From the sequence record SRR20825019_1459: DNA of 44,584 bases. One strand, 5' to 3'. Positions within the stretch are counted from its first letter, which is position 1. Each line of letters begins with the position of its first letter. Below the pieces are notes generated by a model. That model was not told where the DNA came from, ran no database searches, and was given only the letters and a program-made list of their open reading frames with translations. Both the position numbers and the translations under genes were made by a program. This document shows, piece after piece, positions 9,849 to 18,714 of this stretch.

Positions 9849-11987
9849 TTAGCCCGCGACGCGATCCACCCGGCTGATAACGCGGCTGACCCGCAGGGTA
9901 CGGCTGATGTCATTGAGGTGCTTCACGTCCCTCACCTCAACATCGACGATCATGATATAAAACTCGGGATCACGCTCTGAGATGACAAGGTTGGAGACGT
10001 TACCCCCCGCTTTGGACACCAGCGATGCAATAGTGGCCAGCGCGCCGCGCTCGTTCACCACTTCAAGACGCAGGCGGCCAGCATAAAAAGCGTTGTCTTC
10101 CTCATTGTCTTCCCAACGAAGGTCGATCCACAAATCAGGCTTGTCGTCATAGTCAGAAAGCTGGGCACAATCGATTGTGTGGATTTCTGCGCCTTTGCCG
10201 GGGATACGAATACCCACAATACGGTCACCGCGCACGGGGTGGCAGCACTCAGCAAAGTGCACAGCGCCTTCCGGGTTCATGCCAGAGATCGGCAGCGCGC
10301 CTTCCCGCACGGCCTCCCAGTCGTGGTGCACGCTCGGCAAACCTTCGGCGCGAGCATCTTCCTTGAAGCCAGGGAATGCGGCGCGCAAGATTTCATCCTC
10401 CGTCAATGTGCCTTGCCCTACAAGCGCATAAAGCATGTCAGCGTCTTCAAGGTTCAGTACCTTGGCAGCCTGGGTGATCACCTGGCTTGAGAAATCAAGC
10501 CCGTTGCGGCGGCAGGCCTTTTCAATCAGCGTTTTACCGAGCTGGCCATATTCTGTGCGCTGTTTGGTTTTCACGTGCCGGCGTATTGCAGACCGCGCCT
10601 TGCCGGTAATCACAAAACTTTCCCAACGGGGCGACGGCGCCTGCCCTTTGGACGTTAGGATTTGTACTTGATCGCCGTTCTCCAGCTGATGCCTTAGCGG
10701 TACCATGCGCCCGTTTACCTTGGCGCCAACGCAGTGGTCGCCCACCTCTGTATGTACGGCATAGGCAAAATCAACGGTGGATGAGCCGCGCGGCAAGGAA
10801 ATCAGCTCTCCCTTGGGGGTGAAGCAGAAGACCTTGTCCTGGAACATCTCAAGCTTGGTATGTTCAAGGAATTCTTCCGGGTCTGCGGTATGCTCAAGGA
10901 TCTCCAGAAGCTCCCGCACCCAGCGGTATTGCGAGCCTTCAACATTGTCAGCATTCTGTTTGTACTGCCAATGCGCCGCCACACCGATTTCGGCCTGCTC
11001 ATGCATCTTGTGGGTGCGTATCTGAATTTCCAGCCGGTAATTCTGTGGCCCCATTACCGTGGTGTGGATGGAGCGGTAGAAGTTGCGCTTGGGCGTTGAG
11101 ATATAATCCTTGAACCTGCCCGGCACCATTGGAAACTGCTGATGCACAACACCGAGGGAACGGTAACAGGTTTCAACATCATCCACTTTGATCCGGAAAG
11201 CCATCACATCCGAGAGTAGCTCGAACGGGATATTCTGTCGCTCCATCTTGCGCCAGATCGAATAAGGCCGCTTGATACGCCCGCTTACCTTCGCGTCAAT
11301 CCCGTGTTCGCTCATCAGCTTGGTGAGCGCCGCCACCATGTCTTTCTCAAGATCGGGGCTTTCCTCGATCAGATAATGCAGGCGCGCATTGATCGATTCC
11401 ATCGCCTCAGGGTCAAGATGCTGGAATGAAAGATGCTCAAGTTCATCTTTCATTGCGTGCATGCCAATGCGTTCCGCAAGCGGTGAATAGATCTCGAGCG
11501 TTTCAATCGCAATGCGGCGGCGCTTTTCCGGCTTTTTGATATAGAACAGCGTGCGCATGTTATGCAGCCGGTCCGCCAGCTTTACCAAAAGTACGCGAAT
11601 ATCATTGGACATGGCCAGCAGGAACTTACGGAAGTTTTCCGCCTGCCTCAGGCTTTCCGTCTGCATCTCGATCTTGGAAAGCTTGGTTACACCATCCACA
11701 AGCTCGGCCACCTTTGGGCCAAAAAGCTCTTCAATCTCGGGAATGGTGGCGACCGTGTCCTCAACCACATCATGCAACAGTGCCGTTGCAATGGTATTGC
11801 CGTCGAGTTTCATGTCAGTGAGGATGCCTGCAACCTCAAGAGGGTGCGAAAAATACGGGTCGCCAGATGCCCGCATCTGCGGGCCATGTGCCTTCATTGC
11901 AAATACATAAGCCCTGTTGAGAAGCGCCTCATCGACATTTTTGTCGTAAGCTTTGACCTTTTCAACAAGCTCGAACTGACGGATCAC
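9849..11987 (-). CDS. spoT: Bifunctional (p)ppGpp synthetase/hydrolase (Rel/SpoT)
   Basis: R.SGDPYFSHP, intact LLHDVVED hydrolase motif, RFKD synthetase motif, TGS (DFAYAVHT) and ACT domains; GTG start. Confidence 0.97.
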   Translation of the reverse strand: MIRQFELVEKVKAYDKNVDEALLNRAYVFAMKAHGPQMRASGDPYFSHPLEVAGILTDMKLDGNTIATALLHDVVEDTVATIPEIEELFGPKVAELVDGVTKLSKIEMQTESLRQAENFRKFLLAMSNDIRVLLVKLADRLHNMRTLFYIKKPEKRRRIAIETLEIYSPLAERIGMHAMKDELEHLSFQHLDPEAMESINARLHYLIEESPDLEKDMVAALTKLMSEHGIDAKVSGRIKRPYSIWRKMERQNIPFELLSDVMAFRIKVDDVETCYRSLGVVHQQFPMVPGRFKDYISTPKRNFYRSIHTTVMGPQNYRLEIQIRTHKMHEQAEIGVAAHWQYKQNADNVEGSQYRWVRELLEILEHTADPEEFLEHTKLEMFQDKVFCFTPKGELISLPRGSSTVDFAYAVHTEVGDHCVGAKVNGRMVPLRHQLENGDQVQILTSKGQAPSPRWESFVITGKARSAIRRHVKTKQRTEYGQLGKTLIEKACRRNGLDFSSQVITQAAKVLNLEDADMLYALVGQGTLTEDEILRAAFPGFKEDARAEGLPSVHHDWEAVREGALPISGMNPEGAVHFAECCHPVRGDRIVGIRIPGKGAEIHTIDCAQLSDYDDKPDLWIDLRWEDNEEDNAFYAGRLRLEVVNERGALATIASLVSKAGGNVSNLVISERDPEFYIMIVDVEVRDVKHLNDISRTLRVSRVISRVDRVAG

Positions 11988-12112
11988 CGGCTAACCTTCA
12001 TCTGAAAACTTCGGAACAAATATATAATTAAGAAATAACTATTCTGACAAAATTATCCAGCACCTATGTGAGCCTAAGCGCGGTTTTTCCCCCGACATGG
12101 TCACGCCGCAAC

Positions 12113-12142
12113 AAAAAAGCCCGACCGCAAGGGCCGGGCTTT
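12113..12142 (-). terminator. Intrinsic terminator after rpoZ
   Basis: Minus strand AAAGCCCGGCCC-ttgc-GGTCGGGC followed by T6. Confidence 0.75.
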
Positions 12143-12166
12143 CGAATTCTGTACTGAAGTTGTGGA

Positions 12167-12472
12167 TTATTCAGCGCTTTTTTTCGCGCCATCATCCATG
12201 CCAGCCATCAGGATGGACATATCAACCTCTTCCGGCTCATCTGATTCCACAACCTTACGCATGCTGTGAATAACGGATTCCAGAAGTGTGTCTGGTACCA
12301 CTTTTTCCTCAGCGATCTCACGCAGGGAAACAACGGCGTTTTTGTCATTGTCGCGCTCAACTTCGAGCGGAGCGCCGCTTGAAATCTGGCGAGAACGTTG
12401 TGCAGCCGCCAAAACCAGATCAAACCGGTTGGTAACTTTATCTACACAATCCTCAACGGTGACGCGAGCCAT
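12167..12472 (-). CDS. rpoZ: RNA polymerase omega subunit
   Basis: MARVTVEDC...[16 protein letters not shown]...RDNDKN.VV.LREIA; RBS GGAGA before ATG 12472. Confidence 0.97.
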   Translation of the reverse strand: MARVTVEDCVDKVTNRFDLVLAAAQRSRQISSGAPLEVERDNDKNAVVSLREIAEEKVVPDTLLESVIHSMRKVVESDEPEEVDMSILMAGMDDGAKKSAE

Positions 12473-12580
12473 GCTATATCTCCAAAATTCTTGATCATAA
12501 AAGCGTGCGCAGGTCGCCGCTTTTGATACGAGCGCCCGCTTATACAGGCGCATACCCCCAGTGTAAAGCCGAGAATCGCC

Positions 12581-13186
12581 TTATTTTGCCTGATACACCA
12601 AAGGGCGCGCAAGTTTTTCAATACCGGCACACAGCCCGCTATTCTCTGCACCCTGAAGCATGGCTGACACCGTATGTCCCAACACCGGGTGCCGCCACAG
12701 GGGAGCTACGTCATAAAGCGGCTTCAACACAAAGCCTCTTTTATGCAGCCGTGGGTGCGGTACAACCGGCTCAGCTAATATAGCCGCCGGGTCATCACTC
12801 GCCTCAAGGGATACCCATACGTCACGGCGCGGCAAAACCGCACCACCATAGGCCAAGAGGTCGATATCAAGGGTGCGCGCCGACCATCGAGCTCCGGCGG
12901 TGCGGCCAAACGCCCCCTCAATCTCTTGGGTAACCTTGAGCAATTTTTCAGGCGTATGTGAGGTGGAAAACAGGCCGGCTGCGTTAGTGTATTCAGGCGC
13001 GTATGCTCCATCATCAAGCGTTACAGCAGGCGAGCTATAAAGGGATGACAAAACAAGCGGCTTGATGCCCCTTGATGCCAGTGCTTCCAATGCCGCCCCA
13101 ATGGTAGCACCGGGCGCACCAACGCTTGACGGAAGATTGCCTCCAAACGCTAGTAAAACCTCAATATTTTGATCACAATTTTCCAT
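12581..13186 (-). CDS. folK: 2-amino-4-hydroxy-6-hydroxymethyldihydropteridine diphosphokinase
   Basis: A.GGNL, RW.ARTLDIDLL, PHPRLH.RGFVL.PL, HP; upstream of rpoZ as in other alphaproteobacteria. Confidence 0.92.
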   Translation of the reverse strand: MENCDQNIEVLLAFGGNLPSSVGAPGATIGAALEALASRGIKPLVLSSLYSSPAVTLDDGAYAPEYTNAAGLFSTSHTPEKLLKVTQEIEGAFGRTAGARWSARTLDIDLLAYGGAVLPRRDVWVSLEASDDPAAILAEPVVPHPRLHKRGFVLKPLYDVAPLWRHPVLGHTVSAMLQGAENSGLCAGIEKLARPLVYQAK

Positions 13187-13235
13187 ATAACAATTACTTG
13201 AACGGCCCTTGATAGAGTGGACTCAGGTAACAATA

Positions 13236-13251
13236 TTTACCATTAATTAAC
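13236..13251 (+). promoter_or_regulatory. CtrA-box-like site in the folK/NYN divergent region
   Basis: TTTA-CCATTAA-TTAAC versus TTAA-N7-TTAAC (1 mismatch); GANTC site GACTC at 13220-13224. Confidence 0.4.
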
Positions 13252-13333
13252 TGCGCGGCGAGAAGCTAGTTTATCTGCAATTTCAGATTTGCCCCGCAAC
13301 CTTATATTCTTTGATTATGCGATTGGACCAACG

Positions 13334-13933
13334 ATGATTTTCTATCCAGAGGAACGCACCGCGCTCTTCATTGACGGTGCCAACTTATATGCCACCGCTC
13401 GCGCGCTAGACATGGAAATTGATTATAAAAGCCTTCGGGCTCATTTCTCCCAGCAGGGTCGGCTGATCCGAGCTTTCTACTATACGGCGATTTTGGAGGA
13501 TCAGGAATATTCTCCGCTGCGGCCGCTCATAGACTGGCTGGATTATAATGGCTTCACGCTTGTCACCAAGCCCGTGAAAGAGTTTACCGATGAGCACGGC
13601 CGCCGCAAAATCAAGGGCAACATGGATATCGAGATCGCCGTGGATATGCTCAATATCTCCGAAGCGCTTGACCACGTTATCCTGTTCTCAGGCGACGGTG
13701 ACTTCCGCCGCCTGCTGGAAGCTGTGCAGCGCCGGGGCGTAAGGGCAACGGTTGTCAGCTCCAATTCCACGCAGCCATCCATGATCGCAGATGAGCTTAG
13801 GCGGCAAGCGGATCAGTTTGTTGACCTTGAAGACCTTCGCGGCATTATTGGCCGCAAAGGGGGTGGGCCACGTCGGGCGGATGCTCCAGCACCCTTCGAT
13901 GCCGGGTTTGAAGAACAGCTCGAAAGCGCGTAA
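13334..13933 (+). CDS. NYN domain protein (LabA/DUF88 family)
   Basis: ALFIDGANLY, RAFYYTA, PLIDWLDYNG, KGNMDIEIAVD, LFSGDGDF, ADELRRQAD; start placed at ATG 13334. Confidence 0.93.
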   Translation: MIFYPEERTALFIDGANLYATARALDMEIDYKSLRAHFSQQGRLIRAFYYTAILEDQEYSPLRPLIDWLDYNGFTLVTKPVKEFTDEHGRRKIKGNMDIEIAVDMLNISEALDHVILFSGDGDFRRLLEAVQRRGVRATVVSSNSTQPSMIADELRRQADQFVDLEDLRGIIGRKGGGPRRADAPAPFDAGFEEQLESA

Positions 13934-13953
13934 CTACACGTATACGAGGACGC

Positions 13954-13986
13954 AGAAGGCGGCTCAACAGGCCGCCTTTTCTATTT
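13954..13986 (+). terminator. Intrinsic terminator after the NYN gene
   Basis: AGAAGGCGGC-tcaacag-GCCGCCTTTT-ctattt. Confidence 0.65.
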
Positions 13987-14025
13987 AGCCCAGGGTTATC
14001 CACTTAGATCAGGGATAAGCAACCC

Positions 14026-14679
14026 ATGCCCCGCCAGAAAAAAATACCGCCAGAGCCAAAGCCAAACTGTAGTTTGTGCCCGCGCCTTGTGGCCTTTCGG
14101 CGCGCGAACCAAAAAACCTACCCCGACTATTTCAATGGCGCCGTTGCCAGTTTTGGTGATGAGAGTGCTAGCATTCTAGTGGTCGGCCTCGCACCCGGCC
14201 TCAAAGGTGCCAACAAAACCGGACGACCGTTTACCGGGGATTTTTCAGGCGAGTTGCTGTTCAACTGCCTGACGAAAATGGGATGGTCTAACGGGCAAAA
14301 TGAAAACCACCCCGATGACGGGTTTGAACTTCAAGGTGTTATGATCACCAATGCGGTGCGTTGTGTACCGCCCGAGAACAAACCCATCGGCCAGGAAGTC
14401 AATAACTGCAGGCCATTCCTGATGGCGCGCATTGATGCTCTTCCAAGCCTTAAGGTGCTGTTCGCGCTTGGCAAAGTGGCCCACGACACCACGCTCAGGA
14501 ACTTTGGCTTCAGACTGGCTGACTTTCCTTTTGCCCACAAGGCCGAGCATCGCCTGCCAAACGGCCTGATCCTTGTCGATAGTTACCACTGCTCGCGCTA
14601 TAATGTGAACACAGGGCGGCTAACCGAAGCCATGTTCATGGATGCACTCGAAACCGCAAAAAAGGCGTTAAAGCCATGA
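14026..14679 (+). CDS. Uracil-DNA glycosylase, family 5 (UdgB-like, Fe-S)
   Basis: C..CPRL, GLAPG..GAN.TGRPFTGD, AVRCVPP.NKP, SYHCSRYN.NT. Confidence 0.92.
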   Translation: MPRQKKIPPEPKPNCSLCPRLVAFRRANQKTYPDYFNGAVASFGDESASILVVGLAPGLKGANKTGRPFTGDFSGELLFNCLTKMGWSNGQNENHPDDGFELQGVMITNAVRCVPPENKPIGQEVNNCRPFLMARIDALPSLKVLFALGKVAHDTTLRNFGFRLADFPFAHKAEHRLPNGLILVDSYHCSRYNVNTGRLTEAMFMDALETAKKALKP

Positions 14680-14975
14680 TTCTAGAACAAGCTATCCTCG
14701 ACATAAAACCGGGAGAGACCGCCGCGTTCGAGACCACAATGCAGGAGGCAAAGGCGATCATCTCAGTCATGCCCGGCTTTATCCGGCTGGAAGTCCGGCC
14801 ATGCGTTGAGAACGACCACCGCTATCTGTTGCTGATTGAGTGGCAAACGCTTGAAGACCATACGGAAGGTTTTCGCGGCTCGCCCGAATATGAAAAATGG
14901 AAAGCGCTGCTGCATCATTTCTACGCACCCTTCCCCACGGTCGAGCACTATGGTGAGCCAGTGGTTACGACCTGA
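14676..14975 (+). CDS. Antibiotic biosynthesis monooxygenase (ABM) family protein
   Basis: MILE.A.L..., YLLL.EW..LEDHT.GFR.S.EY..W..LLHHFY.PFP.VEHY; ATGA overlap with the UDG gene. Confidence 0.9.
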   Translation: MILEQAILDIKPGETAAFETTMQEAKAIISVMPGFIRLEVRPCVENDHRYLLLIEWQTLEDHTEGFRGSPEYEKWKALLHHFYAPFPTVEHYGEPVVTT

Positions 14976-14979
14976 CCGC

Positions 14980-15010
14980 AAAAATGGCGGCACCCAAAGG
15001 CGACCGCCAT
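14980..15010 (-). terminator. Intrinsic terminator oriented for a minus-strand transcript
   Basis: Minus strand ATGGCGGTCGCC-tttg-GGTGCCGCCAT-TTTT; U-tract on the minus strand only. Confidence 0.7.
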
Positions 15011-15086
15011 CTCTACTCGAAACAGATATCAAGTTGATACTCGGAACGCTAACCTAGTACGGGCGCATGAGGGGATGACCAGTTGC

Positions 15087-15224
15087 TCAGGCGGCCATCG
15101 GCTCTTTTGCCGTTCTCTTTTTGGCTCGAAAGCCAATCGCGTGCGACAGGATCGTCTCGCGCATTCCCAAACTGGCTACAGTGTCTGGGTCCGCCTGCGG
15201 CTTGGTCGGGCTTAGGGCCTGCAT
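15087..15224 (-). CDS. Candidate 45-aa small protein MQALSPTKPQADPDTVASLGMRETILSHAIGFRAKKRTAKEPMAA (not in the ORF track)
   Basis: ATG 6 nt after GGAGAG, basic C-terminus ending in AA, terminator about 80 nt downstream. Confidence 0.4.
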   Translation of the reverse strand: MQALSPTKPQADPDTVASLGMRETILSHAIGFRAKKRTAKEPMAA

Positions 15225-15547
15225 CTACCGCTCTCCACCGCATCACGGTGCGCCCGAAAAAACATTGGGCGCTCGCATGCAATTATCCCTTTCATCAAGG
15301 CTGCGGGCATCAGGGGGAGGAACATGCCTGCAATTGCACTGCGTATATTCGCCTCGATATTCGATATATTGCTTGGCTGTGTTCGAGGCATCTTCAGTTC
15401 ACCAGAAATTCCTTAAAATTCGACTAAAAACACAACATCTTGAATAAAACGCTTGTTTTTATAGGCTTAGCACCATGGGCAGTGATTGCCTGCGCCCGCA
15501 ATTCGCGATAGACTCGGTTATTCAACCCATAGGGGAACCAAGGGGAA

Positions 15548-16336
15548 GTGAGCGTGGCTGCAACCGGAAACATGGGCGAACAGGTCCAATTCAAGGCGGG
15601 TGACACGATTTACGAGCAGGAGAGCGCGTCCGAAGGGGTTTATATGATCCTCGACGGGCAGGTGGAAATTTGGCGTCATGAGGGTGACACAGGCCACCAT
15701 ATTGCCAGCCTGCGCGGCGGCGAGCTTCTGGGCGAAGTTAGCGTGATTGAGCGTAAAACTCACTCTGTTACCGCCAAAGCATCCAAAGCCACCACTGCCC
15801 TGTTCATCACAGCTGAGGCCTTCCGCAAAAGTTTTGCGGACCCGCTTGTGCGCCACGTGGTGCACACGCTCGCGACCCGGCTGCGCAGTTCGTACGCCAT
15901 CAAGGAAGCGCTCGAAGGCACAACTGAACCCAAAGCCCATCATTTCAAAAGCACCAAGCCCACAATCGAGGGCCATTCCCGCATTGTGGCGGACAGGCTT
16001 CTCACTTTTGTGGAGTTGGATGAATTCCCGTTCACGGTTGGCAATATCGCCACCGCAGACGGCCACTGCGTCATTGGGGCGACCAGCCTTAAGGTACCGC
16101 TTAAGGGTGTGCACGAACTGGCAGACAACCACTTTGAGATTGTAAAACGCGACGGTGCTTTGTGGATACGAGATCTGGGCTCAATGCAAGGGACGCTGGT
16201 GAACGGTGAAAAACTCAGCAAATATGCAATGAATGCAATCGCAAAACTGCGGGCGGGGAGAAATCAGGTGATCGCTGGTGGGCCAGACAGCCCAGTGCGG
16301 TTTCTTATCATGATCCCACCACAGAAGGCTGACTGA
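15548..16336 (+). CDS. Cyclic-nucleotide-binding domain + FHA-like domain protein
   Basis: cNMP fold (F..G..IY.Q.....GVY.IL.G.VEI, GELLGE); FHA-like C-terminus (PFTVG, HFEI, W.RDLGS..GT.VNG). Start could be 15548, 15554 or 15572. Confidence 0.8.
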   Translation: MSVAATGNMGEQVQFKAGDTIYEQESASEGVYMILDGQVEIWRHEGDTGHHIASLRGGELLGEVSVIERKTHSVTAKASKATTALFITAEAFRKSFADPLVRHVVHTLATRLRSSYAIKEALEGTTEPKAHHFKSTKPTIEGHSRIVADRLLTFVELDEFPFTVGNIATADGHCVIGATSLKVPLKGVHELADNHFEIVKRDGALWIRDLGSMQGTLVNGEKLSKYAMNAIAKLRAGRNQVIAGGPDSPVRFLIMIPPQKAD

Positions 16337-16344
16337 AACAGGCC

Positions 16345-16833
16345 TTAGCCCATCTCTTTCATCAGCCGGGCTTTCTGGCGGTCCCAGTCGCGCTGCTTCA
16401 CGTCTTCGCGTTTGTCGCGCACGTTTTTGCCTTTGCCCAACCCGATAAGGACCTTTGCCCGACCCTGATCGTTAAAATAGATCTTGAGCGGCACAAGTGT
16501 GTAACCCTGACGCTGGATCAGCCCACCAAGTTTGGATATTTCCCGCTTGTGCATCAACAGCTTACGCGGTCTACGCGGCTCGTGATTAAAGCGGTTACCA
16601 TGGGAAAACTCAGGGATATAGGCATTCACAAGCCAAAGCTCGCCGTCTTTTTCCTCGGCATAACTTTCGCGGATATTGCCTTCACCGCCACGCAGGGATT
16701 TAACCTCGGTGCCACGCAGGGAAATCCCGGCCTCATGCTCTTCTTCAATATGAAACAGGTGTCGTGCCTTGCGGTTATCGGCCGCAACGCGCGAAGGCAG
16801 GGATTTCTTCTGATTTTTATTCTTGCCCGCCAT
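16345..16833 (-). CDS. smpB: SsrA-binding protein SmpB
   Basis: [39 protein letters not shown]...DKRE. Confidence 0.97.
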   Translation of the reverse strand: MAGKNKNQKKSLPSRVAADNRKARHLFHIEEEHEAGISLRGTEVKSLRGGEGNIRESYAEEKDGELWLVNAYIPEFSHGNRFNHEPRRPRKLLMHKREISKLGGLIQRQGYTLVPLKIYFNDQGRAKVLIGLGKGKNVRDKREDVKQRDWDRQKARLMKEMG

Positions 16834-16836
16834 TGA

Positions 16837-17727
16837 TTACCCCAGATCGACCGGATCGAGCCCAAGCTCGGCAATCGTCGCGGCGATGAAAGAGCGCGCC
16901 GTATCGGTCGCAGCCAGCAGCGGCAGGCGCACGCTGTCCTCGCAAATGCCGATAAGAGAGCCTGCATATTTTGCAGGCGCCGGGCTCGGCTCAAGGAACA
17001 TGCAGCGGTGCAGATCAAGAAGATTGTCCTGCAGGCTCAGCGCTGTTTTATAGTCACCCGCCATGCAGGCTTCCTGAAACTGGCTGCAAAGTTTTGGTGC
17101 AACGTTTGCGGTTACGGAAATACAGCCGTGGCCACCCATTGCCATGAACGCCAGCGCTGTTGCATCCTCGCCGGAGAGCTGAATAAAGTCTGGCCCCATG
17201 GCCGCGCGTTGGCTTGCCACCCGGTCAAGGTCGCCGGTGGCGTCCTTAAGGCCAATGATGCGTGGCAATGCAAACAACTCAGCCATTGTGCTGGTGTTCA
17301 TATCCACAACCGAACGGCCCGGGATGTTATAGATCACAATCGGCAGGTCACATGCGTCATGCAGCGCCTTGAAGTGGGCGTAGAGGCCCGCCTGGCTTGG
17401 CTTGTTATAATAAGGCGTTACAACAAGCGCGGCGTCAGCCCCCACTTTTTGCGCGTGTTCCATCAGGCTGATCGCTTCACGGGTGTTGTTCGATCCCGCG
17501 CCTGCAATCACCGGCACGCGGCCGCCTGCGGCTTCAACACAAAGCTCAACCACCTTGCGGTGCTCTTCATGGCTAAGGGTTGGGCTCTCTCCCGTGGTGC
17601 CCACAGGTACCAGGCCATGCGAGCCCTGTTTCACCTGCCAGTCTACAAACTTCTGGAACGTGTCATAAGCCACGTCGCCTTCGTCAGTAAACGGGGTGAT
17701 AAGCGCAGGAATGGAGCCTTTAAGCAT
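16837..17727 (-). CDS. dapA: 4-hydroxy-tetrahydrodipicolinate synthase
   Basis: [42 protein letters not shown]; start placed at ATG 17727. Confidence 0.96.
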   Translation of the reverse strand: MLKGSIPALITPFTDEGDVAYDTFQKFVDWQVKQGSHGLVPVGTTGESPTLSHEEHRKVVELCVEAAGGRVPVIAGAGSNNTREAISLMEHAQKVGADAALVVTPYYNKPSQAGLYAHFKALHDACDLPIVIYNIPGRSVVDMNTSTMAELFALPRIIGLKDATGDLDRVASQRAAMGPDFIQLSGEDATALAFMAMGGHGCISVTANVAPKLCSQFQEACMAGDYKTALSLQDNLLDLHRCMFLEPSPAPAKYAGSLIGICEDSVRLPLLAATDTARSFIAATIAELGLDPVDLG

Positions 17728-17956
17728 GGGGTAAGCCTCTTGGAGTACAAAAATATCGCGCACCCTAGCGCCGAGGCCCCAAAAGGGCAATAGGTTGCGC
17801 GCGCTCAGGGTCCCGCATTACGCGATTTTTCTTTCCGCATTTCAATAGAAATGCTTGCGCGCCACCCCGCCCCGGTTGATGTTGGCCAACATCCGGAGCA
17901 AAGCAGCGCGCTTTTGGCGTTAAGGAGTGTGAACTTCCCTTTGTCGGGTTAGAAGC

Positions 17957-18511
17957 TTAGCGGCGCGAACCGCGATCGCCATGCCCTTTACCCTTTTTGC
18001 CAAACCTCTTTTTCATCTTCTTCATGGCCTCTTTGGCTTCGTCTTGAGTGACTTCACCGTTGCCGTTCACGTCCATGCGTTTGAAATGATGAACCATGCG
18101 GGTCGCAAACTCATCAACCGAAACCTTTTCGTCACCGTCGCGGTCATGCTTGGCGATAAATTTGATCCGGGTTGGTTTCCACTTGCCGCCCATATCATCG
18201 GCGTCGAAATCACGGCCTGCCTTCTCCGCCCGCTCTTCCATGCGTTCCTGATGGCGCTTCATGCGCTTTTCCATACGCTCTGGAATCGGCATTTCTTTTG
18301 GCAACTCTGCAAGCTCAAGATAACCGTCGCCGTTTTTGTCAAACTCGGAAAACTTGGTTTTCACCTTGCCCATCATCTCGTCATAGGTGACGACGCCGTT
18401 GCCGTCCGTGTCTGCTTCCTTGAAGCGCTCACCTCTGTCGCCCGCTGCCTGCGCCTGGGAGGTGATCAGGGCCGCGAGTGCAACACTGATAATCTTTGTT
18501 GATGTTTTCAT
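17957..18511 (-). CDS. Secreted/periplasmic EF-hand calcium-binding protein
   Basis: Signal peptide ending AQA; four loops DTDGNGVVTYDE, DKNGDGYLELAE, DRDGDEKVSVDE, DVNGNGEVTQDE; RBS AAGGA before ATG 18511. Confidence 0.88.
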   Translation of the reverse strand: MKTSTKIISVALAALITSQAQAAGDRGERFKEADTDGNGVVTYDEMMGKVKTKFSEFDKNGDGYLELAELPKEMPIPERMEKRMKRHQERMEERAEKAGRDFDADDMGGKWKPTRIKFIAKHDRDGDEKVSVDEFATRMVHHFKRMDVNGNGEVTQDEAKEAMKKMKKRFGKKGKGHGDRGSRR

Positions 18512-18714
18512 CGCTGTGTATCCTTTTTTTGATTGGCTCATTCTCTGTGCCTACACTCCTCATACGCAGCGCTCCGCGCGCGCCCTTCGTTTTGCACATC
18601 ACATTATGTTTAAAATTTATCGCCAACCCTTGCCCAGCGCCAAATAGTGCCCTAACTTCGCGCCTGACTTTTACAACGAGGACAACACTCAAAACAAAAA
18701 AAGGGACTTGAAAC

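Noticed and set aside
13334..14975. NYN nuclease + UDG + ABM as a defence or toxin-antitoxin system
   Set aside because: NYN/LabA and UDG beside folK-rpoZ and smpB-dapA is ordinary alphaproteobacterial core synteny; no antitoxin or mobile context
14980..15350. tmRNA (ssrA) gene, suggested by nearby smpB, an ORF ending in AA, and ACAGGATCG and TCCACC fragments
   Set aside because: No ANDN-type tag, no GGGG 5' acceptor stem or TCCACCA end, and the fragments are not in the permuted alphaproteobacterial order; retained only as an unknown RNA or small-ORF candidate
15049..15447. Track ORFs 15049-15282 (-), 15083-15427 (+) and 15121-15447 (+)
   Set aside because: No convincing SD and unnatural composition; the shorter minus-strand frame 15087-15224 has better signals
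17728..17956. Lysine riboswitch or other ncRNA upstream of dapA
   Set aside because: Only isolated small hairpins (e.g. GATGTTG-gc-CAACATC); no recognisable riboswitch consensus
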